Shown here one piece after another: positions 61,501 to 64,000 of a DNA stretch of 64,000 nt (the stretch's first letter is position 1; every line of letters starts with the position of its first letter). Source of the DNA: Podarcis cretensis (taxonomy: Eukaryota); assembly GCA_951804945.1 (NCBI GenBank), contig OX638150.1, positions 2,790,001-2,854,000 on the forward strand, in the 5' to 3' direction. The position numbers were made by a program, and so were the translations under genes. The notes under the pieces were generated by a model. It was not told the DNA's origin and did no database searches. It saw only the letters and a list, made by a program, of their open reading frames with translations.

Positions 61501-62524
61501 ACAAGAGTGCTCCAATGACAGAAGCCCTGGGCTCCAGAGAACCTTATTGGGCCGATCCAGGCAACAACACAAAATACAGGAGAATGCAACACCTGGTCTC
61601 CAAAAGTGTGGGAGGGTGGCCTTGCAGGACAAGGGATTCTCATGCTGTGGTGATTACAGGATTATGGGGTGGGGTTGGCCTATTTCACTGCTTTTTTCTT
61701 TCTTTCTTTCCTTCTTGAAGAAGATGTGTGCTCCCATACTGGCGGTGGGGTGAGGGGAATAAAGAAAAGCAAGGGGATTGCTGAGGAGGAGGTGGAAGCC
61801 TGGCTGCTGTTTCTCCTCCAGGATAAGAGACGACTTGAGTGCTGCTGGTGGAAAGTGGCATCATAGAGTGCCCTGTTTCTAGAAAATTTGCAGAAACAAA
61901 TCAAAAGCATTGTTTTGTAAATTTCTCAAAAGGGTGAAGGCATGGCAGAATGAAATGTGTGGGTCACCACCAACAGCGGTGTCACAGGTATCTGTGACAT
62001 TTGCACAAGGACATTCCACGCAATCCTCTTGCTAAGGAGGAAAGCAGAGGGAGGAACTGTGTTTTCCATATCAAAATACTGGTGTTTAATGAACTTACCT
62101 TTCAATAGATGGGCTAGCTTGGGGGGCATAGGAGTGGGGGGGGAGTGATTTGTTTGAGAAAATGGTAGGTTTCAGCTACAGATGGCATATTTAGGTTAAA
62201 AGTTAGGAATGGTCTTTTAACTAGAATAGCATACAATAGCAAAATAGCTGTTGGGGTGGGGGGAGTGTTCCCTCCTCCTCAATACTTGTCAAGAGAAGGC
62301 CAGACATCCACCTGTTAGGGATTGCTATTGGCATTAGGAATGCACTATTGGGCCAAGGGAGTGGAATATATGGACACTGACCCTGATCCATGGATCATCT
62401 CATGGGCACACTGGTACAGGCCAATCAGGGCTTTGCGGTCATCAATACGAGAAAGGAGTAAGATGGCAGATGCATAGGTGACAATCAGGTCAAGGTAATT
62501 CTTGGTGAAGTCATAGTTTAGATG
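1917..62524 (-). CDS. NCKAP1L: NCK-associated protein 1-like (Hem-1), spliced CDS, exons 5-31 (5' part outside window)
   Basis: 27 exons with AG acceptors and GT donors (one GC) join in frame to 3030 nt (1009 aa + TGA). The peptides match recalled human NCKAP1L exon by exon (e.g. [46 protein letters not shown]) and look closer to NCKAP1L than to NCKAP1. Exon numbering is by analogy to human. Confidence 0.95.
5095..5157 (-). pseudogene. CUX1: Decayed copy of CUX-family first coding exon (CUX1/CASP-like)
   Basis: 63 nt translate [20 protein letters not shown] versus recalled CUX1 N-terminus [21 protein letters not shown]. It is followed by the donor gtcagg. ATG is changed to GTG and there is an in-frame TAG. 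Confidence 0.85.
5372..5408. repeat. (CA)n microsatellite
   Basis: Direct reading. Confidence 0.95.
6157..6385. mobile_element. hAT-type MITE, CpG-rich
   Basis: Imperfect TIRs caggggcggag / ctccgccagtg; exact 8-bp TSD ttcagagg at 6149-6156 and 6386-6393. Confidence 0.8.
6438..6527 (-). CDS. NCKAP1L: NCKAP1L exon 30 (90 bp)
   Basis: [30 protein letters not shown]; AG/gtcagt. Confidence 0.92.
9239..9595 (-). mobile_element. Sauria SINE
   Basis: Reverse complement of the g(g)gacgcgggtggtgctgtgggttaaacc head with a cctttacc-type tail. Confidence 0.85.
9891..10252 (+). mobile_element. Sauria SINE
   Basis: gggacgcaggtggcgctgtgggttaaa head with A/B boxes, (taccttt)n tail, flanking repeat catactgatc; nearly identical to the copy at 40819. 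Confidence 0.88.
10381..10490 (-). CDS. NCKAP1L: NCKAP1L exon 29 (110 bp)
   Basis: [37 protein letters not shown]; AG/gtaagt. Confidence 0.93.
11186..11302 (-). CDS. NCKAP1L: NCKAP1L exon 28 (117 bp)
   Basis: [37 protein letters not shown]; AG/gtaaga. Confidence 0.92.
12438..12592 (+). mobile_element. CR1 LINE 3' end
   Basis: ...gggttgaactagatgatctcagggtcccttccaactctacaattctatga. Confidence 0.75.
12754..12891. other. Assembly gap (138 N)
   Basis: Run of N. Confidence 1.
13682..14398 (+). CDS. ORF1-like coiled-coil protein of the HAL1-like element (238 aa from ATG)
   Basis: Open frame at the ORF1 position. The N-terminal half is heptad-like with a 21-nt tandem duplication (LGQKV twice). 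Homology to ORF1 is inferred from position and composition only. Confidence 0.55.
   Translation: MSTEEALVIALCKISESLEQLHKKTDAMNIKIDILGQKVTNLGQKVNIYTETIQESIQESTLTCQMVEKAREKVVVVEPKVIQVERERAPALQRQLDDYKLLPSMIEFRESQIGTLLGLEKESWTDHLMQGFTDLWDLDLGQEEIGVVGTCKFGGTLKHVLKYLLDFSFNHGDVDDMSRRNKNIVRLELPRDLLFSIKQRKLRTRSAEDKVKCMYKYEDDLQKGPGKELRASDRRSPG
15942..16104. mobile_element. Small inverted-repeat element (MITE-like)
   Basis: accatctgccaaaaccaggg ... ccctgggttttggcaggtggt imperfect inverted ends. Confidence 0.5.
16893..16986 (-). CDS. NCKAP1L: NCKAP1L exon 27 (94 bp)
   Basis: [31 protein letters not shown]; AG/gtaaga. Confidence 0.92.
17265..18469 (-). mobile_element. 5'-truncated L1 (ORF2 C-terminus with CCHC motif + 3'UTR)
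   Basis: ORF 17590.. encodes [18 protein letters not shown]...[18 protein letters not shown], closely similar to the C-terminus of the L1 at 45470-48758. Confidence 0.9.
18569..18780. mobile_element. Tc1/mariner-pogo superfamily MITE
   Basis: TIRs cagtggtacctc / gaggtaccactg with TA on both sides; same family at 39227 and 42267. Confidence 0.88.
23229..23775 (-). mobile_element. L2 LINE 3' fragment with (TTA)n tail
   Basis: Peptide [21 protein letters not shown]...[10 protein letters not shown] resembles the L2 ORF2 end; (taa)n run at about 23238-23278. Confidence 0.75.
26471..26551 (-). CDS. NCKAP1L: NCKAP1L exon 26 (81 bp)
   Basis: [27 protein letters not shown]; AG/gtgaat. Confidence 0.92.
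26768..26850 (-). CDS. NCKAP1L: NCKAP1L exon 25 (83 bp)
   Basis: [27 protein letters not shown]; AG/gtgagt. Confidence 0.92.
27267..27360 (-). CDS. NCKAP1L: NCKAP1L exon 24 (94 bp)
   Basis: [31 protein letters not shown]; AG/gtaggt. Confidence 0.92.
28283..28380 (-). CDS. NCKAP1L: NCKAP1L exon 23 (98 bp)
   Basis: [33 protein letters not shown]; AG/gtagga. Confidence 0.93.
28494..29415 (-). mobile_element. Young CR1 LINE 3' part, interrupted by an L1 tail
   Basis: (ATTCTATG)n tail at 28494. Peptides [20 protein letters not shown] and [14 protein letters not shown] are CR1 RT C-terminal; the element is split between 28923 and 29197. Confidence 0.9.
28924..29196 (-). mobile_element. L1-like 3'UTR/polyA fragment nested in CR1
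   Basis: Poly-T then tttatt on plus; resembles the 3'UTRs of the other L1 copies (ggggaggtg..gaggtcgggg purine block). Confidence 0.65.
29152..29764 (+). repeat. 613-bp direct repeat, left copy (right copy 33066-33678)
   Basis: Offset 3914; no mismatch seen by eye; identical ORF translations at 29184/33098. Confidence 0.93.
29765..29895 (-). mobile_element. Inverted copy of the Rex1 3' terminus
   Basis: 29770-29895 is the exact reverse complement of 32903-33028, including aataaag and the (ATCT)n tail. Confidence 0.93.
29896..33028 (+). mobile_element. Full-length Rex1/Babar-type non-LTR retrotransposon
   Basis: Short 5'UTR starting near aatggcggcg, single APE+RT ORF, 3'UTR with hairpin (ttgcacttgtgcaa) and (ATCT)n tail. 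Confidence 0.85.
30007..32862 (+). CDS. Rex1-type endonuclease/reverse transcriptase (951 aa from ATG), intact
   Basis: Arg-rich N-terminus; APE motifs LANVRSL, IETW, YVPP, GDFN, TLD, SDH; RT motifs PQGCVLSP and KFADD; no stops or frameshifts. Confidence 0.92.
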   Translation: MFGRARKIYSRQELLKVGLQCEQAVRADYFRPDNAPVGVARPPGSPWITMPPGRRRRRRRDRRQRRGCRAGVLVRLQRSPSKPPLPSIFLANVRSLANKMDELRLLAAKNSLVKDCCVLFVIETWLQPSIPDTAIQLEGCVVHRHDRGMTFGKTKGGGLCVYVNKCWSNNSKTVGSYCSPDLEYVAVKCRPAYLPREFTAVMLTGVYVPPDANANLALGCLQSLISSQQDKHPEAVHIIAGDFNHVELKTVLPTLYQHVKCPTRGDKTLDKVYSNVNHGYRALQLPHLGQSDHMSLFLVPAYIPLRKRAPTISRTVKIWPEGAIHQLQDCFERTNWDIFDRSDLEEHTAAVLCYINHCTDTVTVNKSIRFYPNQKPWMNREVQCLLRERNRAFRSGEVQLYSVARANLKRGIRRAKLVYRQRIEDNLRSNNTRQMWQGIQHITNYKPNLGAVDGDPLLAEELNFFFARFEKEPPETPVLQPPAHRGPSFTVEEHEVRQVLRMVNPRKAAGPDGITGKVLKGCADQLAKVFTKIFNKSLHQSIVPPCLKSSTIVPLPKKSTISSLNDYRPVALTPIIMKCFEKLVRRHIISCLPSTFDNYQFAYRANRSTEDAITITLHAALSHLEQPGSYVRLLFVDFSSAFNTILPHRLVSKLEAIGLSNSTCLWVLDFLSERSQRVRVGSHMSTALSLNTGSPQGCVLSPLLYTLYTYDCTAIYPSNKIIKFADDTTVVGLISGGDESAYRDEVERLCVWCGENNLALNTAKTKELVVDYRKKKADIQPLYIKGERVERVAEFRFLGVTIDQGMTWSANTTALVKKAQQRIYFLRLLKKNNLSERLLVSFYRGSIESILTYCICAWFSSCTARKRKVLQKVITTAQRIIGHPLPSLEELYGSRCLRKANNILQDASHPGYSLFALLPSGRRYRNIKSRTNRLKNSFYPRAVAFLNAVTR
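33066..33678 (+). repeat. 613-bp direct repeat, right copy (contains duplicated CR1 piece)
   Basis: Matches 29152-29764. Confidence 0.93.
34073..34203 (-). CDS. NCKAP1L: NCKAP1L exon 22 (131 bp)
   Basis: [43 protein letters not shown]; AG/gtaggt. Confidence 0.92.
34650..34868 (-). CDS. NCKAP1L: NCKAP1L exon 21 (219 bp)
   Basis: SLVRLAKP...[12 protein letters not shown]...[25 protein letters not shown]; AG/gtatgg. Confidence 0.92.
36206..36337 (-). CDS. NCKAP1L: NCKAP1L exon 20 (132 bp)
   Basis: [43 protein letters not shown]; AG/gtacag. Confidence 0.92.
37790..37925. mobile_element. Palindromic hAT-type MITE
   Basis: cagtgtttctcaaacttgggtctc / gagacccaagtttgagaaacactg; degenerate 8-bp flanks ccatatgg / ccgtaagg. 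Confidence 0.82.
38005..38144 (-). CDS. NCKAP1L: NCKAP1L exon 19 (140 bp)
   Basis: [46 protein letters not shown]; AG/gtaagg. Confidence 0.92.
39227..39452. mobile_element. Tc1/mariner-pogo superfamily MITE
   Basis: cagtggtacctc TIRs, TA flanks. Confidence 0.88.
40330..40449 (-). CDS. NCKAP1L: NCKAP1L exon 18 (120 bp)
   Basis: [40 protein letters not shown]; AG/gtagga. Confidence 0.92.
40819..41187 (+). mobile_element. Sauria SINE
   Basis: Same head and tail; 16-bp TSD taagggtggaattcag (40800-40815, 41188-41203). Confidence 0.9.
41657..41789 (-). CDS. NCKAP1L: NCKAP1L exon 17 (133 bp)
   Basis: [44 protein letters not shown]; AG/gtgcgt. Confidence 0.92.
42116..42687. mobile_element. Older foldback/MITE with ~135-bp imperfect inverted arms, hosting a younger MITE
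   Basis: 42116-42250 is complementary to 42552-42687 (tagacgagtgtaaaaagccc / gggctttttagactcgtcta). Confidence 0.7.
42267..42508. mobile_element. Tc1/mariner-pogo superfamily MITE (nested)
   Basis: cagtggtacctc TIRs, TA flanks. Confidence 0.88.
42693..42935. mobile_element. MITE (PIF/Harbinger-like ends)
   Basis: ggctcattcacacttcc / ggaagtgtggataagcc inverted ends. Confidence 0.5.
43727..43872 (-). CDS. NCKAP1L: NCKAP1L exon 16 (146 bp)
   Basis: [48 protein letters not shown]; AG/gtgtgt. Confidence 0.92.
43950..44522. mobile_element. Probable RTE-related retroelement fragment
   Basis: Resembles an interspersed squamate repeat I recall (tccaaaggaaagcagag...; gatgggctac..cccaggttgac); family uncertain. 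Confidence 0.35.
44610..44825 (+). mobile_element. CR1 LINE 3' end
   Basis: Near-identical (reverse) to 28494-28700; (ATTCTATG)n tail. Confidence 0.9.
45470..48758 (+). mobile_element. 5'-truncated L1 with open ORF2 (RT + CCHC), polyA and 17-bp TSD
   Basis: TSD gacatcctctttgggcc at 45453-45469 and 48759-48775; motifs [34 protein letters not shown]; stop at 48504; endonuclease domain absent. Confidence 0.93.
49400..49548 (+). repeat. L2-like 3' end with (ATCA)n(AATA)n tail
   Basis: ...aaagggtggtatataaat followed by tetranucleotide repeats. Confidence 0.55.
50069..50127 (-). CDS. NCKAP1L: NCKAP1L exon 15 (59 bp)
   Basis: [20 protein letters not shown]; AG/gtaaga. Confidence 0.92.
50370..50724 (+). 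mobile_element. Sauria SINE
   Basis: gggacgcaggtggtgctgtggtctaaacc head, cctttacc tail, flanks tacaac(c/t)tgtcctta. Confidence 0.85.
50785..50855 (+). pseudogene. tRNA-Asp(GTC) pseudogene, probably retroposed
   Basis: Full-length match to recalled vertebrate tRNA-Asp (tcctcgttagta...cccgc.tgtcac..gggagacc.gggttc.attcccc.a.ggggag), mostly CpG transitions, one base lost in the T-loop. Confidence 0.85.
51162..51243 (-). CDS. NCKAP1L: NCKAP1L exon 14 (82 bp)
   Basis: [27 protein letters not shown]; AG/gtaatt. Confidence 0.92.
52121..52489 (+). mobile_element. Sauria SINE
   Basis: Head and tail as above; flanking repeat tatttgcatg. Confidence 0.88.
52685..52817 (-). CDS. NCKAP1L: NCKAP1L exon 13 (133 bp)
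   Basis: [44 protein letters not shown]; AG/gtatgg. Confidence 0.92.
53114..53273 (+). mobile_element. tRNA-derived SINE with CR1-type tail
   Basis: gtagctcggttggttaagag A-box head; ...gggtccctttcaactc...gattctatga tail. Confidence 0.65.
53867..53976 (-). CDS. NCKAP1L: NCKAP1L exon 12 (110 bp)
   Basis: [36 protein letters not shown]; AG/gtactg. Confidence 0.92.
55398..55494 (-). CDS. NCKAP1L: NCKAP1L exon 11 (97 bp, GC donor)
   Basis: [32 protein letters not shown]; donor AAG/gcaagt is required to keep frame. Confidence 0.9.
56655..56711 (-). CDS. NCKAP1L: NCKAP1L exon 10 (57 bp)
   Basis: [19 protein letters not shown]; AG/gtagga. Confidence 0.92.
57185..57395 (-). mobile_element. MIR/CORE-like SINE (related copy ~15350-15545)
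   Basis: ccattttatcctcacaacaaccctgt.aggtagg...gagcttcatgg.caagtggg shared by both copies. Confidence 0.6.
57484..57640 (-). CDS. NCKAP1L: NCKAP1L exon 9 (157 bp)
   Basis: [52 protein letters not shown]; AG/gtaaga. Confidence 0.92.
58046..58094 (-). CDS. NCKAP1L: NCKAP1L exon 8 (49 bp)
   Basis: [16 protein letters not shown]; AG/gtaagt. Confidence 0.92.
59207..59344 (-). CDS. NCKAP1L: NCKAP1L exon 7 (138 bp)
   Basis: [46 protein letters not shown]; AG/gtgagc. Confidence 0.93.
60165..60298 (+). mobile_element. CR1 3' end
   Basis: gtgggctctccttccttgg...cccttccaactct...ttctatgattc. Confidence 0.75.
60302..60933 (-). mobile_element. Internally deleted mariner transposon
   Basis: ~43-bp imperfect TIRs (caaggtgtgac.ggaaagtt), TA at right. 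Remnants are the N-terminal HTH (ETHEML..VYGDEA..VYEWFK) and [20 protein letters not shown] (YSPDLAPSD motif). Confidence 0.85.
61315..61405 (-). CDS. NCKAP1L: NCKAP1L exon 6 (91 bp)
   Basis: [30 protein letters not shown]; AG/gtgaga. Confidence 0.93.
62382..62524 (-). CDS. NCKAP1L: NCKAP1L exon 5 (143 bp)
   Basis: [48 protein letters not shown]; ctgcag acceptor, gtcagt donor. Confidence 0.93.
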
Positions 62525-63433
62525 CTGCAGAAGGAAAGAAAAAAATCAGTTTTATTTATCTGATAAAAAGGGAAATGTATTGACATCTTCATCAACTCTG
62601 GGCAGATTCTGACTCCTGGCAGCAGCACTTTTCTTAGAATCTCAGCACAATCTGCTCAGATAAGGAATGGTGGACTTGTGGCTCTCAAGATGTTATCGGG
62701 ACTATAATTCCCATTATTCCCAGCTACTGGCGATATGGAGTTATAGTCTCAACAACACCTGGAAGTTCACAGGCTCCCCATCCCTTATCTAAGCAGATTG
62801 TGATGGGATTGTAAGGCGTTCCTCATTCCCTGTCTTAGACAATGGCTTACTTTGTGTGAGTCTCCAAGCCATGTTGGAGGATTGTAAATGAGCCTAAAGG
62901 CTGCATGAACCCCCCTCCTCTCTGACACACAGCTTCTCCCTTACTTTCCTTTTTTAGCAGTAGCCCTCGTTTGCCACAATGTACCAAGTGTCAATCACAA
63001 TTAGTATTTGCCTTCCACTGCCAGAATCAAGAATGCATTTAAATTCTAGTTTCCAATTCTGTTCCGGAGGAAAAACACTAAGCCATAATTTGCCAGTTCA
63101 GACACTGGGGCAAACTATGGTTAGCACTAAACAGGCACTAGGTGGAGTCCTGCTTCCGGCTGATGAATTAAGTGCTGCTTTGAGGGCTACAAAAGTTAGT
63201 TAGTTGTGAAGAACTGGCAATTCAAAATTCAAAATACTTTTCTTTTATGGCAGAAGGAAGAGGAGACCAATCCCTCCCAATGAGTGCAAGACTAGATGAA
63301 AGGGGAAGGTGGAGCTCTGCTAAGTCTAGAGGGGGAACTTCTATGCTGCAAGATCAGTTCAGAAACGGACTTGAGAGGTAATGAAATGAAAATCTCCTTA
63401 CTTGGACATTTTAAAAAAATGTACTAGAGAACA

Positions 63434-63870
63434 AAATAAAAAAATTCCTTCCAGTAGCACTTTAAAGACCAACTAAGTTAGTTCTTGGTATGAGCTTTCG
63501 TGTGCATGCACACTTCTTCAGATACACTGAAACAGAAGTCACCAGACCCTTCTATATAGTGAGAAGGTGGGGAGGGGTATTACTCAGAAGGGTGGTGGGA
63601 TTGGGTGATTGGCAGATAGCTGTGATGAGCCTGTTGATGACTCTTAATGACTGCAATAGGTCTTACAGGAAAAAGCAAGGGGTGAGAAGGTGAAAAATGG
63701 CTTTGTCATGTATAATGAGATAAGAATCCAATGTCTTTGTTCAGACCAGGTCTCTCCATGGTTTTAAGCCATTTTTCACCTTCTCACCCCTTGCTTTTTC
63801 CTGTAAGACCTATTGCAGTCATTAAGAGTTTTGACTATGGCAGACCAACACGGCTACCTATCTGTAACTG
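63434..63870. mobile_element. Penelope-like element fragment with inverted part and 13-bp TSD
   Basis: gtactagagaaca at 63421-63433 and 63871-63883; 64-bp perfect inverted repeat 63640-63703 / 63766-63829; hammerhead motif. Confidence 0.78.
63488..63525 (-). ncRNA. Minimal type I hammerhead ribozyme motif (Penelope-associated)
   Basis: Minus strand GUAU-CUGAAGA-A-GUGUG-caug-CACAC-GAAA-GC-UC-AUAC: stem I, catalytic core, stem II and a palindromic mini stem III. Confidence 0.75.
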
Positions 63871-64000
63871 GTACTAGAGAACATTTATTCATCTCCTTGC
63901 CCAGCCCTTCCAAACCTATGATTCATGGAAAAAAGACACAGTTCCTCAAGCATTCATGTGTTAGATGAATCATACTGACAGTTCAGTTAGCAAACTGTCA

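Noticed and set aside
1-64000. CRISPR arrays, operons, rRNA or other prokaryotic systems, and the remaining short ORFs
   Set aside because: The sequence is eukaryotic and intronic, with no repeat-spacer array. The short ORFs are exon read-throughs, repeat translations or chance.

Overview
This is vertebrate genomic DNA, most likely from a lacertid lizard (inferred from Sauria-SINE-like repeats and squamate-type L1/CR1/L2/Penelope elements). It is a draft assembly with one N-gap at 12754-12891. The minus strand carries 27 consecutive coding exons of NCKAP1L (Hem-1, WAVE regulatory complex), matching human exons 5-31 as I recall them. They join in frame to 1009 aa plus a stop at 1917, with one GC-AG intron; exons 1-4 lie beyond the right edge. 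The introns hold many mobile elements. The most unusual structure is a full-length, ORF-intact Rex1/Babar-type LINE. Its own 3' tail is also present inverted at its 5' end (126-bp perfect inverted repeat), and it sits inside an apparently perfect 613-bp direct duplication of host sequence. Other notable items are a TSD-flanked half-L1 (HAL1-like) element and a decayed DNA-level copy of CUX-family exon 1 (CUX1/CASP-like) in the last NCKAP1L intron. There is also a retroposed tRNA-Asp, a Penelope-like fragment with a minimal hammerhead ribozyme on the pre-mRNA strand, and a 5'-truncated L1 whose RT is fused in frame to flanking sequence. All family assignments come from motif recognition by eye; no searches were run.
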